Notes: generated by a model from the letters alone, not told the origin. Counted from the whole stretch's first letter, positions 34,425 through 48,561 are shown. The stretch: 63,788 bases of DNA, filler included, from Sphacelaria rigidula (GCA_964200075.2; 8 parts of 8 records of this genome joined end to end with filler, not necessarily neighbours in it), one strand, 5' to 3'. Numbers and translations are program-made.

Positions 34425-37400
34425 CTGTGCAGAGGAATAGGCCGTACCGTGCATGCACAAGGGATCTAGATCGAGGTTGCTTGAGATTTGAAACGAAACA
34501 CTCGGCGTCATCAAAGCGGCAGGGTCAGACACTGGCAACTACTGTGCGAGATGCCCTAGGCCAGCTGCCGCAGCTTGGTGATCAGCCCGGACAATCCCGT
34601 ACGCGTGCACATATGAGATGTAAACGCCATCCGCTACCGAGCATGATTGCGCTTTTTCCGTTCTGTGTAGTTAGACAAGGATGTACATCCTCGTCCTCAA
34701 ATTTTTCAATTTTCACGCACACGCCGGAACCTGTCCGCTTCATGAATAACTCATCATGACCGCGACTCAACAGCTCAAAAAAAAACTTCGAAGGAGCGGT
34801 CCGCATCAGATGAATCATATCAAATCAAGACCCCCAGGCCCCTTCAGTCATCATGTGGTGATTCACGTGTTGAGAGAGAACGACAATTTCTCTCGAGAAC
34901 GAATACACAAACGATGCCTTCAATATAGTGTCGCACAACGCCGGTTGCGACGTTTCCAGACTAGCGCGTATTGGATGTGAGGTTGAGGACCTGAGCACTT
35001 CGAGGATGGCCTCTGTCTCGTACCTTGTGCATGAGAAGGCCAGGGCGAATAGGGTCGAGAAAATGGGTCCTAGTTGCGTAGTCAGGAAGTAGTCGAGGAC
35101 TGTGCTGAATACCTCGATCTTTGGAATCAGTTCCAGCGACAACCGTTGCGGATCGCGCACATCCTAACAATTCCGGAACTGGCATCAAGGAACAATCAAG
35201 AGGTCTCTTACAGCGTGGTCATCACTGGATGACGGGCGACATCGCGAGGAACTGCCATGGAGTGCTACCGTGTGAACACGCGTGTCATGTGATATCAATA
35301 CCATGAACTCGTACACCCACCGAGGCATTTTTTTAATCGGTTTCATCTCGGGTCATTCCCTTCGTGGATAACTCACTCTCAGTGCACCGAGCATGCCGAC
35401 ATAACCCCAGCCCGAACTCGAACTTAGTCAGAGTCTGGAGCAAGACACTCACGAGTGAACGCCAACAAATAAACACTCTCCAAAATAGTTCGGCAGTCGC
35501 TACCGATCGCCGCACCTCAAACTTGACCCTATGGCTGCTATAAATGAAGTAATAGGTGGCAGCTTTGTGCTGCGCATCCACCAGGAGGAGCACAACACTG
35601 GCGTTTTGTGTGCAACATCTGTCAATAACTTTCACGTCGATCGGCTAGACAGGCATGCTCACAGAGGCCGGCAGGCGGGACAGTCTCTTGGCCGAGTGGG
35701 ACATAAACGCAGTTCAGAAGTTTGGGTGCCCATTTGCCCCTGCAGGAGAACCCCCGTAGCAACAACAAGTACCACTCGCTGATACCGCACATACTTGGTG
35801 CATGCTCGATAACGTTCGTGGGGTGAATGTTTTGGTGATCATCCACGGTCCAACCCCCTGGGATTTCGAACCCATGGCAGTGCCATTGCGAAAAGGGTGG
35901 TCTGCAGCACTCAAAACGATGGAAACTCCTTTGCAACCCTGGGCTAACGCAATGTACGCTCCCACCATCACCAAGGGCGCTCCCCGTATCACACACACCG
36001 CACACCGATGCTTTTGTACGCCACGCCTTCAAAATGATAACTCCAAACCTCTTGCTCGGTGCTACCCAGGCATACTCAGTGTGCTCCAACATCGGCTTGA
36101 AGATGTGCCAAGTGGTGCTTCGAGTGCTTCGGTTCATTATTAGTGCATGCAACAGGGTTCAATAACACTTTTAGGTTTTGTCTTCTACTTGCACGCACGA
36201 ACATTTCAGCTACATATTGGAACGATCTCGTTCACCGGACATGACACAACTTCATCGATGACAAAACCGCTGGCCGTGGCCCGACACAAAACCTGCTTCG
36301 AAGGTAAGCTTCTTACGAGCTGGGGGAACGCGCAGCGTTGTCTACTCGTAGCCCTAGCTTCCTTGCCGAGAGTCCCATCTCTTGGATCCATGTCACCGCT
36401 TTGCAGCGAGGATGCGTTCTGCTTCCACACAGAACGAAGTGTACGTGCATAATCCTATTCCATACATCATGCTAGTTCGGTACTGAGCATTTACGTGTCT
36501 TCCTGGCGTTTACGCATTTGCAACAGAGCGAACCAAAATCCGTTCAGATAGTGCGGCGCCAGAAACTGAACAGTCTCCCAAATGGTTCAAAACTGCCATG
36601 CAAGTAGGTTACACAGAAAACCCGATCTCGACACTACCAACACAAAAATTGTTCGCTGCGATGGGCGTTGGGACGCGTCTCAAGCTACCGACCCGGAAAA
36701 ATCCGCGCGCGAACTGTACTCGTGCATACTTCGTATAGTGTTGAGGGCATGGCATGAACCTTCTCAGTCGATGTTAGCGTGCCATGGTTGTAAACCACCT
36801 TTTTTCTTTCCACCAACAACCTGGCCGCTTTCAAATGGTAATCGGGTTCTCCACGAATGAGCCTCAACGAAGGGATATTTCATTCATTGCACTTCCGTCC
36901 CACAGAGCACTTTTGTCAAGTGCATACTCTACACTACTGTCGCAAACTAGAAGACGTCTCAGTGAGCTTCACACCTGCTGCATATCAGATATAGGGATAT
37001 TACGAGACTATTGATTATACCGTAAGGCGCATTATTATCGACACTGTTTGTTATGAGATCTTCGAAATTACCGGGACTGGCAACGTGACCTGACGACTCT
37101 TGTGAACTCTTGCAATAACCACGGAGTACATGCAGAGCGGCTAGCTGAAGTGCTGGATTGCAGTCCGGAATTTTCGGATTCCCCCCAAAATGCAGCTTCA
37201 GAGGAACAATCAAGCCGCTTCGTTTGGGGAGGAGTCTGAATGTGGAGTCCGAAAATTCTGAAGAATTCCGAGCTATCCTAAATAAACGATGTCGATGATG
37301 ATGGGCCTAACTGCGCTGGACATGGCTTATTCGCTCTCTCCCGGCATCGAACAGTTTTTTGGCGCGGAATCAATTTGGGCTGTCGTTTCGTTCTGTGGTG

Positions 37401-39534
37401 TTTGATACTCAACAGCGGATCAACAAAATTGAGGACGAAACTTTTCCCTGAAGATGATAACACCGAAAATTCAAATATTGGTATCAACACCAATTTTTCG
37501 GAATATTATGGTTGCCTTGCTTCACCTGCTAGCGGACATTCACCCGAATTCCCCATGAATATTTTTCGCTCAAGATCCCAGAGTTTCGGTTATCGGGATC
37601 CACATTTTCATGGCGTGTAGTATTTATCATTAGCTACTAGTAGGTGGAGGAATGCTACCCTACTTCTAAGAATTGGTGTGGATGCGAAATTTTAACCTTC
37701 CTGGTTATCATCCTCGATGACAAGCTCTATCCTCAATCTTGAGGATCGGCTGCTACAAGGTGAAAAGTCGAAAGATGTTGACCAACGTTGCCTGTTCTTT
37801 GACTCTGATATCAAGACCCCGTGCACATCACCATGCATCAAACCGCCAGAGCATCTCTACCACTGCAGAGGGCGCGTTTTTTGTTTTTGTCACACTTGTA
37901 CGTGAACGATCTACAAATGCATCTCCAGTGTTCTTCACTCACCTTTCATGGTAGGAAACCGGTCGAACTCACGGGGCCAAAACGAGCAAAGCTGAACTGG
38001 GCGAGCCGACAAGACGAGAGATCTCCACGGCCGCCTTGTCTCAACAGCACATAGAGTGAAAAGAACTGCACGCAACAGAATGTAACCAAGAAGTCCACGA
38101 GGAGGTTCTCATTGATCAATCTTATGCTGTGTGTTTCGTGATTTTCTGAACAGTTTTCGATACACAGTAGTACAGGTATACTAACTATGCTCAAGACATT
38201 TGCACTTGCAGCAAAGGATAGTCCTGCGCCACAATGACAAGAAAACATGATTTCTCGGAACATAATCTGAGCTCTTTCTTCTATCCCCACGCGCACCGTT
38301 GCACCAACCCCATATCCAGGCAGATGGCTTGTTGGTTGTGGTTGACATGACATGGGATCGAGATTTCAGCACCTTGCAGCGACGACAGCGGGCGTACGCA
38401 TGCCTCCCGCGCTGAGCATCTTTACAGGCAGTACCCGGAACGCCTGTTCTACATTTTTTCATGATCTAGAAGGTGTGCCAGTACATATTCATGTTGATTC
38501 GCCAGCACTGCACCCTCCCAGGTGCTCATGATGCGAAAGTGAATGCACCACCATGTGCACAAATGAATTTACTCACAGTGCACAAAGTCTGGGCTGAGAG
38601 ATAGCCGTTTTGAGGGCTCATCTGCTGCATATCGATATTTGCTTAGTTTAATCTGCTGATTGGACAAAAGGAGCTGTGTTCTCCGATGCATTTACTACCT
38701 GTGTTGCGTCCGACCAGTGCACCGCGTTTCACGGTGGTGACTTCACCCACGGTCGAGGAGTTAAGAAGCCAAGTTCCCGTTCAAAAGCGCAATGATTCCT
38801 GCATGCGGGCCAAGTGCTGGCATTCGCGAACATATTGCGGGCATTCCGCATTCCGGTACGGTATATTCTTGTTTTTCTTATTTCGGCTCAGGACTGACAT
38901 CGATAATTTTACCACAGCGTTCAAATAAAAATTTCAGCCCTCGTAGATAAAGGAACAACGGTTATTGGGATACACCGATGAGCCGCACGGAATAAGGGGC
39001 CTGCACAGATGTGTCTGTGAACTTTACGCATGTCGAACAATTCTATACTCGTCATAACTCGATTAACATTATTATTTGATTCGATCGATCGATGCTCGCT
39101 CATCAACTGATGCCCTGCAGAAGCAGCTGCTGTGGTCACAAGATAGACGTGCACACTCCCCGAGGAAAACTCGGGCAAGGTGAAAACATGAGAACGGAGA
39201 CAAAAAATGGAGAAGACCTAGACAACAAGGAAAATGGAGACGAGGTCAAAAACATTAAAAGCGCGATGCATATGCCTGGTCCCGGTCCCGGGAAACCCCG
39301 ACAGGCACTTGCAATGGCTGTAGGTGAGGAGGACCGTGAAAACAACTCAGCCCTTTTTCAACAGGTTGTGACTCAGCTACCTGAGGGTCGCACCACTTCG
39401 CCAGGAATTCTCGTCCGCCAGCTCCGCGGAAGCGACACCCAAAACACTAGCACGGCTTCAATGTGAAAAAGTGAAGATAAAACAACGAAACGCATGATCC
39501 GGGGAATATGGACGAGGTGTGAGAATCTACTGGA

Positions 39535-39745
39535 TACTTTTTCGAAAATTATCATGATTTTTTCCTTTTTTCTTATTATCAACTTTGTTGCAAAAAATTG
39601 ACTAATGAAGACTGTTTTGATAATTTTTTGTTAAATTTGTTGCAGAAAAATGACCAATAAACACTGACCAAAACCGGAAAGTCTGGTGGGCTTTGCGGGG
39701 TTCTTATATCTGCCTCTTCTCCTTGTCCGCCCTGTCCCGATTGTA
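39535..39745 (+). repeat. Second copy of the 31385-31640 repeat
   Basis: Visual alignment. Confidence 0.6.
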
Positions 39746-39833
39746 ATGCGTGAGAGGACCGCGTGCTTAGGGGACCGCACCGTACTTCGAAGCACCTCAG
39801 GATCGACCTCTTTCAAAACCAATCGGGCCAGTT

Positions 39834-39933
39834 NNNNNNNNNNNNNNNNNNNNNNNNNNNNNNNNNNNNNNNNNNNNTTAATTAATTAANNNNNNNNNNN
39901 NNNNNNNNNNNNNNNNNNNNNNNNNNNNNNNNN
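39834..39933. other. Artificial contig spacer
   Basis: 44 N + TTAATTAATTAA + 44 N. Confidence 0.99.
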
Positions 39934-40007
39934 GGGGGGGCGCGAGGTGGTTTGGGCGTGCGTGTGGCTGGGGGGTGGTTGTGGGTGGGGGGGGGGGGGG
40001 GGCGTAC

Positions 40008-41650
40008 TCATTTTGGTGGGGGCTATCTCGGCATAGTTGTTCGAGTGTACTTGTAACATGATTCTGCGTCTTGTTTGGTTCACCTGCTCCCGTCGATCCT
40101 TCAGTTGTGCTGGTAGATGATCCGAGACTGCTCTTGCTAGAACTCCCGTCGCTCCCCCCATCCGCTGCCGCTAATTCGCGTTCTGTATTTCACGTATTAG
40201 ACGCATAGGGCATATTTGAGGTTTGCGCTTCATTCGGTTGAACTATTGGACTTCTCTTAATCGCGATACCCCAACCGCTGATACCTCTGTTTGAAGCCGG
40301 ATTGTATGGCAAGAGCGACTATGGGTTTACAGTTTGACAGGAACAAATTACGACGAGACGTCAAAAGTAGTTGTTATTTCTTTCGTCTTTGACTATTTCT
40401 GTTTTTTATATATGTTGGTATCTAGATCATACCAAGCCGGGGATTGTGCTAAGCCGGGGCTCGGGGGACGACATCACATCGTGGTGTATTGAGCACCTCT
40501 CTCTATTTCCGAGGTACCTCCTCACCGTTGTTAACGTACTGCGCCAATGTCTCTTGGTAGTCCAGAATAATCTTGTTCCGTGGCTCGTACTTCAAGACTG
40601 TGCGGTTGCGTAGTAGGGGCAGAGAATCGGGAGATACTGATGAGATTCGAGAGGTACACTTTCCTTCGGTCGCAGCGATGTGGGCATCAGCGACAAATCT
40701 GGTGTACAAGTTGAGGTGGCACTGATGTACGTCACAACAGCGACCATAGCGGCCGAAGATTTACAATTAGCACTTGAAGAGGGGCTCAACATGCGGTTCG
40801 ACCCGCCTTGCATGTAGTGGGGTCGATCAAGCTATATAGATCCTCGACCAGGAGCAGCGTATCGCTAGGTCACTCTTCCCTATCGCATCCAGCCCCGGCA
40901 TATGCTAGGAGTGGGGCTTAAAGCTGCCAAATTATTGGGTCTCTGGTAACACAAGCGTTCCGGCGACTGCTATGTTCAATATGCTGAATTCGTGCCCAAC
41001 ATGCAGAGCCCTGAGAGTGTCGGCGCAGGCTACGGTACACATGGTCGTTATCAGTAGGCTAAAGTCGATCAATTTCGCCCAACTAACGAAACAAGGAATT
41101 GGCAGAACCCACAGGCAGGTGACCCGCACTTTTCCTGATACGATCTCGAGAGTCGACTGACGGGATCCTCACAACTCCCGCATCCTTACTTGTTTGCGCC
41201 AGGGCTAGGGCATTCTCCATTCTGTTTTCAGTCACCGCTCGTAAGAACTGCGCCATGAGACGCAACGGCGCTCCGGCTTCTGTGTGCTTATCCTCTGCGA
41301 CCGTCTTCTGCGGTACCTCTTGTTTGATCGTCTCTTGCACCGTCTCTTGTTTCATTGTTACTGCGTCGAACGAAGAGGAAGGAAAAAGCAGCAAGAACCG
41401 TCATTACGGTGCGGATTCGCTCAGGGCGGCCGGATCGTGAAACATCTACTACTGTGTGAACTTTTCTCGTGTCAACTGATGGACGTTGCTACTGCAGCGA
41501 GGCCCATGCTGGCAGGGTGCAAAACGGCTTGAGTTTCAACAACCGATACCACGGGATACAGGATCTCGAAAATCATACTCGTGAAGGATACACAGGATCG
41601 GGATGCAGGGTTGGCGCTACAGGATCCAGTGCCCATCTCTCACCTGGCAT
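40008..41650 (-). CDS. ERICH2-like (glutamate-rich protein 2 family) gene; exons 41650-41644, 41360-41190, 40597-40526, 40182-~40008 (last end uncertain)
   Basis: GT-AG, phase-consistent splicing gives MPVTMKQE...APLRLMAQFLRAVTENRMENALALAQT-ILKYEPRNKIILDYQETL..., resembling the ERICH2 core APL.L..FL.A......A..L...IL.YEP.N. Confidence 0.65.
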
Positions 41651-42167
41651 GGTGATATTTACCGATTGAGCACGTGTAGCAGCTGCTCTCGTGTGGTAGC
41701 ACGGTGGAGCCTGATAATCGAGTGCCAAGAAAGAAATTCACGTTGTGGACGTAAGGTCAGTGTTCCAAACGGATGCGCTTGCGACGTTTTCGACGGGTAA
41801 AACAGACACGCCTCGCTGTGTTTTATTCGTACCTCTATTAGACATTCAACACATCGTAGACGACCCGTAGGTCGGATATGAAAGCTTCACCGAACGATCT
41901 ACACGCTAAGACATCACTGTGCATGGCCAAATAAGACAAACTGTACGTAGAAAAAATTGTTCATCATACGTGCGAATGACTCGAGATACCGCGAGCGTTT
42001 CATCAAAAGCATTTACCCGAGCTCCTTCTCTTTGACACTAGTTTTCTTACAAAAAACGAATATTGATTATTGTCTACCCCTGCCCAAGAAGTCATACTTC
42101 AATAGTGTTCAGCACATGTGAAAGCTGTTGCAAGCTGTTGATGACGGGGTTGCCAAGTAGGATAAGT

Positions 42168-42490
42168 ATGGTTCGTACAGTCGCCAACGCTTGTCTACTT
42201 GCACTTCTGTTGTCTCACGTCCGTTTAATCAGTGGCTTCTTACTTCCTGCAAGGACAATCACGACACGAACTGCAGAGGCAGCAGTCAACTGGGCAGCAT
42301 CACCGGGACAATCACGGTCCAAGCAAATAGCACAACCGTCAGCGAGGCGAGGCAACACAAGCAACACTGGTCGAGACCGACGGCCATGTTTCGAGCGGCA
42401 CGTGGTAGGCCCTGATGGCAAGGAAATAGACATCAGGGCACACCGGGAGGCCAATTCTTTTGTAGAGTACTGGGAGCACTTCTATGCTGG
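42168..42490 (+). CDS. First exon of a probable plastid-targeted protein, possibly a class I SAM methyltransferase
   Basis: MVRTVANACLLALLLSHVRLISG-FLLP (signal peptide + Phe), S/T/R-rich transit peptide, then SFVEYWEHFYAG, GG|gtgaga donor. Confidence 0.6.
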
Positions 42491-45321
42491 GTGAGATTCT
42501 GGCACCTGTGTAAGGCTACTGTCTGTAGGTGTGACTGTTTTGACTCAGGCTGTTCCGAGAGACACTCCCGAAATTTCGCCGGCCAACGTTTTATCCACGT
42601 CCACGAAGCAGATTCAAAGAAACAAAGTGTGCTACTTGGGATGTAGAGAATACAATGACGAGGCTTTTCACAAGTGCCGGGTCGTGATGAGATGCTATGG
42701 GCATGCGAAATTGACAGGCTCCAGGTCTCTACGATTTATTGAAGGCGAAATCTCCGAAAAGCCAATTACGCCGCCAATTTGGGGCTGTGGTCTCGTAGAT
42801 GCGCCGCATGTGTGGTCAATCGGTGTGTACCACAAACAGCCGGGCCATCCAGCGAAAAGTCGCCGTGAGGGCGGAACGCGGTTCGTAGCCCACACAAAAG
42901 TTGAGAGGTAATCCTGAGACGAAGTGGGAGGAGTTGAGTCACATGAAGACTAGCGAAAGGAGTGCATTTTTCGCAACAGCCTCGCCATGTGCCCTATTTC
43001 AATTTTCGGAATATTTTCCCGTTCGCTATATCTCCTGGGTCAGATAAGTCACAGATCATTTTTTGTACAGATAGCACCCAATGAAGGCGAAGGCCACTGA
43101 TGTGTGTACTTATTTTAGTTAGTTTCACCGGTTTCCTGGGGGCCGAATATCTGGTGTCTCAGATCCCCGAAACAAGGTCATGTTTGCTCCATTTCTCGAG
43201 GTCGGTTTTGAAAATGTGGTGACGATTTGCCGCACACAGATTTCGAAGTAAGGTCCAGGGCCACCGGTGTCTAGATGATTGGTTCTCCGCTCGGTTCCAC
43301 AGGATTGCTGGGGTTCCCGGCCGTTGTATGCTTCACAATCTCGAAACAATTTACGTTTCTTTCAATTTTCACACAATTGAAAGAGCAGTCTGACGAAATT
43401 CCACACTCGTACTTTTACCAGCAAGGCCGAGGTCGTCAGCATTCGGTCGTTCGTAGAATGAACAGGTTTAATAGGTTTCTCCGGATCGCGAGCCTCCAGG
43501 AGTCCACGGGGGCGCCCCATTCTCGAAACAGTTGCACGTTTGCTTGGTTGCTCACACCGTTTCAAATATTCCAGAACGGCAACGGTCACACGCATGCTGC
43601 TAGAGAATAGCCCGAGGTCGGCGGTGTTGGGGTCTATTGATTTTCGCTCGGTTTTATCCGTTTTGGGTGTCATCGTTTGCGGGGAACGCCCGGGGACCCC
43701 AATAAACAGGTGACATCGAGCGAAACTCGACAGGAACAACACTGACGGCCTCGGGCTTGCCTTCAGGAAGGCGCTTGCGAAACTTGGTGTCCGTACTTCA
43801 GAAAACGGCATGAGAAATGGCTACCCGAAAAGGTTCTGGAATCTCGGTCGGACCAGCCCATATTTGACTGTCTATATTTGACTGTACTGTAGCTGCTATA
43901 ATGGACCACAGAGTGCATGCGCAAAGGAACAATTTAGACAGACACACTGACGCAACAACATCGTTGTGGAATAGGCAAAACCGTGCGCACACCAAACGGC
44001 CCTAGCGAACGGAGTCCGGACCGCCAGAGTGGGCCTTCTATTTTCGCGTTGGCATCATTTTCCTTCAAAACCGACGGCAAATCTCGGGTGACTCACCCTG
44101 GCAATCGAAGGGGCAAGTTAGCTAAGATATGCAGCGTTCGCTTGCTTTATCTTGATCGAACTAAAGGTATCAACCTACAGAGAAGAGCATGACGTGCAAC
44201 GCATAGGGGCGCTTGGTCGTTTCTGAGCGGGGCGCCGTATGCTTTGTTTGGCTGGAACCCACACGATGTTGACGGGGTAGCAACGATTTGTGGGGGTTGT
44301 TGCCCTTGGTGTTGCGCTTGATCAGCACACACAGGAAGCACGTTGTTTCTCCGACATTTTTCCATCAAGAAGATTGAGCATACACCGGCGCACTCGTATG
44401 CTCAAGACCTTTACCATCGGCCATGGCCTGTCTCGATGGTGGCTTTGCATCTGTCAAAGTCAGCCAAGAACAACAGGTCGGTGCTGCCGTGCCACAATAC
44501 ACAACACAGAGTATGGGTTGTTCCGGTTTGTACCTATGTTGTTATCTTGTCTCGAAGGATCCCCGCGACTGGTGCAAGGCCTGGTGGAAGCGTATTTTAA
44601 ATGAAGATGTATCGTGCAATCCTCCTTGCGCAAAAGTGCAAAGAAAAACTGATACCAACCCCCAATTGGTTACCGTCTGGAACGTCCCACAACTTCCTGG
44701 AGTGGTTGCATCCTCAAAAAATCAACCCTTCGTGAAAACACGCCCGTCGTATCTTTCCAAAGACGGAAACGAGCTGCACTCACGTTAGCGCGTGATGAGT
44801 GAAGACGGGCGTAGTGGCAGAAGCCACCATGGATCCCGTTTTGGGGGTCGAGGGTGGGTATTTGCGTACACCATACTCCAGCCACATGGCCGTGAGAACG
44901 ACACGTATGTATCACCATCGCCGCGCTCAGAAGAAATTCCTTGGCCCTAATTCTTCGAAGCATCAAACCTCAAGAGGTTTTATCCGTTTGTTGTTCCACA
45001 GAACGCTGCATTGAAGACACAGTAGCACGCCGCGTTTCCGCCTGCCGCAAACTTCCATGAAACGCGGTACTCACGCTCTCCTTCCTTTGGAGGCTTTCTA
45101 TAAGTAAATACGAGGTAGTGGTTGCTTACTCAATATCAAGTCCTGACGTGCTGATACCTGAACACACTCCTGTCTGTACGGTACTGTAGTGCCTGCGGTG
45201 TACTGAATGCACGCACCCGCCATGTTTCGAGTTTTGAATGACGAACCTGTACAATCCATTTAAAAGGTGAGCGGAACAAAAGACGACGGCTTGTTGTCAC
45301 TGAATTGCGTTCATTCTCAAA

Positions 45322-45549
45322 TGTGTGTGTCGTCGTCCCTTCTATTCTCGACGCCGGTCTACATCTTTCGGTATATGTGGGCGCATCAGCCGGGGTCACA
45401 CAGGAGGAAGGTCAACACAGGGGCTTTTTCTTTTTTCTTTTCTTTTTAATACCCCACCTCCCTTCTGCGGTGCTTGCCTTTATTTTTTATCGTATGAGAG
45501 GTTCAGTAATCCCTTTCCCTCGTCGACCGTTGAGTCGAATTTTCGACAC
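45322..45549 (-). mobile_element. SINE copy (5'-truncated)
   Basis: Reverse complement of SINE body and (AC)n tail. Confidence 0.88.
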
Positions 45550-46834
45550 GCGAAAGACGGACCATTGCACTAGATGTAATTAGGGAGAGGCCTGTGCTCC
45601 ATCTGCCCACGTTACAGTAACACATCATGACGCTGAGGGCTGCCGGAAAGTCAGGCTGGGATTGTTTTCCAACACACTCCACATGATGCGCCATCATCGA
45701 CACCTCGCTGGGGTCTTCAAGGTTTTGAATTTCGGTTGCACATGGTCCGCTGTCACGCTTAGTGAACAGAGTTTGACTCGTGAGTTGGCCTGCTGCGCTG
45801 TGCTTGCCCCATGACTACCCTACCGCTGCCGTGTTGCCGTGCGTAAAATACTGGGGTCATCACTTGACTACTGCCCGGTCAGTTGTAAGGGTGTGTGCTG
45901 GGCTGTACCCCAGCCCCGCAAAGCTGCCTTCCAATTGTCGAATGTGTTTCCACTCTCACAGCGTCAACTCTATGGTAAAGACATGCGCACCGGTTGAATC
46001 TTGACGGAAACGTAAGACGAACCTCAGACCACAAGTAAAAATGGGGCCCGGTTTTACCCCCAGAACGGGTCCAGTTTTTACAGGATAGTCTGCGCCCGTG
46101 TCTGGGTCCTTTCAAGTCCGCCGTTACGATCATACATCTCCATGCGTTGCTTGAGTCATGTTGTGGCCTCATTCAGCGTATTATCGAGGGAGTGGCTGTG
46201 CGCCAGCTGGAGCAAGATTCGCTGGAACCTCCACAGTTTTCATCCGCACCAATCCACGCCGACAGACCGTCCACCCTTATAGTTTGGTGGAAGCAGTGTT
46301 TATCGCTGCCTGAGGGCCGATGATATGTTCCGACAGCGGCTCGTGTGCGCTCTCAACAGATCCCTGTCGTTGACGGAACTGGAAGGAGTGATATCCCGCA
46401 AACGTCTCGGTGGTATTATAAAACGACTTCTCATGTGATCAAAGGTGAAAACCGATGGGACGTGCATCCTTTGACCCTTCGGCAGCATTTTTTCCGTGAT
46501 AGGTGAAGAGACAGCGAGGTGGGTAATGCCACCTCGAAAGCAAGTTTACTACTACTCAAGAGAGATTTTCGGCACACTTTTCGGTGCGTGGAGTTCGACT
46601 CTGGGCCGAGAACAAAGGTCGTGAGCGTTTGTACAAACCCTCTCGATGCACCGAAGTTGATTGGGTTATGGAGCAGGTCACTCCGAGGTGGCATCACTTG
46701 CCTGGCCTTGGCCGCAAACGTTGTCGAAGGGTCGAAGTATGCGAGTTTGTTCGGTTTGCACTACTGGTCCGGTTAAAAGTAACCCTGGGCCTCATATTTA
46801 TTCTTCATGAGGACTGGATTCGGAGGGGGAGGGC

Positions 46835-47818
46835 GGGGGGGGCGCATGATGTTACCGGTCGTGGTCATAAGACCGTTGACCTCATATTTCTACAAAGTCA
46901 CACCAGGTTTTCGCCGGACCGAGCTCGCAATCACCAAGCGCGAAGCGCAGTGATGTGCTCGGTGAGTCGTATGAAGAGTGAGTTGTATCCTGCTAAGATC
47001 GTCCGGCCCTAAGCGTACTCTTTATGTTGCATATGGGTGACAGCGTACAATGAGTTGCTCCGTTGTCTGGTATCGCCACTTCCAGAGACAGCCACGGGTT
47101 ACACTGCCTCATGGGTGTCTCACCGTATGAATACTTCGTAGATCATCCCCATTGCGCGAACTTCGGTTTCTCGATCCCAAACAGTGTGATTCAACTCGAC
47201 CACCATCATGGTTACTGCAAAGAAAAAACGCGAGCGAAAGAAACGCTGATAAGCTGGTTGCCTAGCTTACGCGGTGAGTTGCGTATCCAACAGCATCGTT
47301 GCCAACTGACGTCAATCCTCAGGGGTACCGGGGGCGGTGTGTACTCATGATCATGCATGCCATAAGTCATAAGACCATTGGCCTCGCATCCCTGCAAAGC
47401 CGGGACGGAGCACGCCGGGTTTTCGCCGGACCACGCTCGCAATTGATCACCAAGGGCGAAACATCGTGGTGTGTTCGGCGAGTCGCATGAAGAGTGAGCT
47501 GCATCCTGCCAAGATTGTTCGGCCCGAAGCCTACTGATTATCTTGAAGTAGGATGGCAGCCTTCAATGGGTTGCTTTATTTTGTGGTATCGCCACTCCCA
47601 GAGACAGCCACGGCTTATACACTGCCTTCTGGGTGTCTCACCATTGAAACACTGCGTAGTATGACCCCCACTGTGCGGAGTTGAGGTTATCTCAGGCCGC
47701 ACAATATGATCTAGCTCGACCACCATCATGGTCACGGTAAAAAAAACGCAAGCGCGCAAAAACAAATCGGTAACCTGGTTGTCTCGCTCACGCAGTGAGT
47801 GGCGCTTTTTATAGCGTC
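46835..47818 (+). repeat. Two tandem ~490-bp copies of the G-run-anchored repeat
   Basis: Units begin ~46835 and ~47330, homologous to each other and to 7225-7811. Confidence 0.85.
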
Positions 47819-47918
47819 NNNNNNNNNNNNNNNNNNNNNNNNNNNNNNNNNNNNNNNNNNNNTTAATTAATTAANNNNNNNNNNNNNNNNNNNNNNNNNN
47901 NNNNNNNNNNNNNNNNNN
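47819..47918. other. Artificial contig spacer
   Basis: 44 N + TTAATTAATTAA + 44 N. Confidence 0.99.
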
Positions 47919-48301
47919 GCCACAGCTGCTCAACTGCTGCGGTCATTTCGGGGGGAAGATGGCTTCGCTAGCTCGCTAGTGTTTCGGGTCTTCCGTGCAA
48001 GAGAGAAATGCCACTTGAGCCCCATATTTTGTATGAACCCCGAAATTTAAAATCGGCTGTTCAGTAGTAGCGGTGACGGAAATATTGCCCTGTTTTTCAA
48101 GGACATGTTCTTCAGCTCACAGAGGCACGTACTGTCCAAAAAGAGAGCCAGAGAGAAATTGATCTTTGCATCGATGATGAGGTGCTCAGGCAAGACGAAG
48201 AGACGAGATCTCTCCGCAGGTCGGTCTTTAGGCACAACATGAAAAATTCGGTTCATGCTGGTAACATGCACGATGCCAGTCTCTCGAGAGTTTGGTAATC
48301 G

Positions 48302-48561
48302 CCGAGCGAGGACACACAAAGGACGAGGGCGAGGAGCTTCCTCTTTGTCGTTGCTTCTCTCTCTGGTGATATCGCCATCGACACGCGTGTACACCGCATT
48401 CGTTGGGTGCACCTAGCCCGAACTGCCCAACTCCTCCAGCGGAGTTTTGCGGGGAAATATTTTCCTTTCGTGCTATTGTTTGGTATTTTCCCAACGGAAG
48501 CGAATTGCGGGTTGAACCTCATTTTATACGAGTTCAACCCCAAACATTAGGATCGGCTGTT
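48302..48561 (+). mobile_element. Family C repeat ending in a foldback-like terminus (probably extends further left)
   Basis: Matches 15975-16231; ends TTAGGATCGGCTGTT; a similar end AAATCGGCTGTT lies at 48061. Confidence 0.8.

Noticed and set aside
43126..43269. Short inverted repeat CACCGGT..CCTGG / CCAGG..ACCGGTG as a MITE
   Set aside because: Only ~14 bp imperfect, no clear TSD, single copy in the window.
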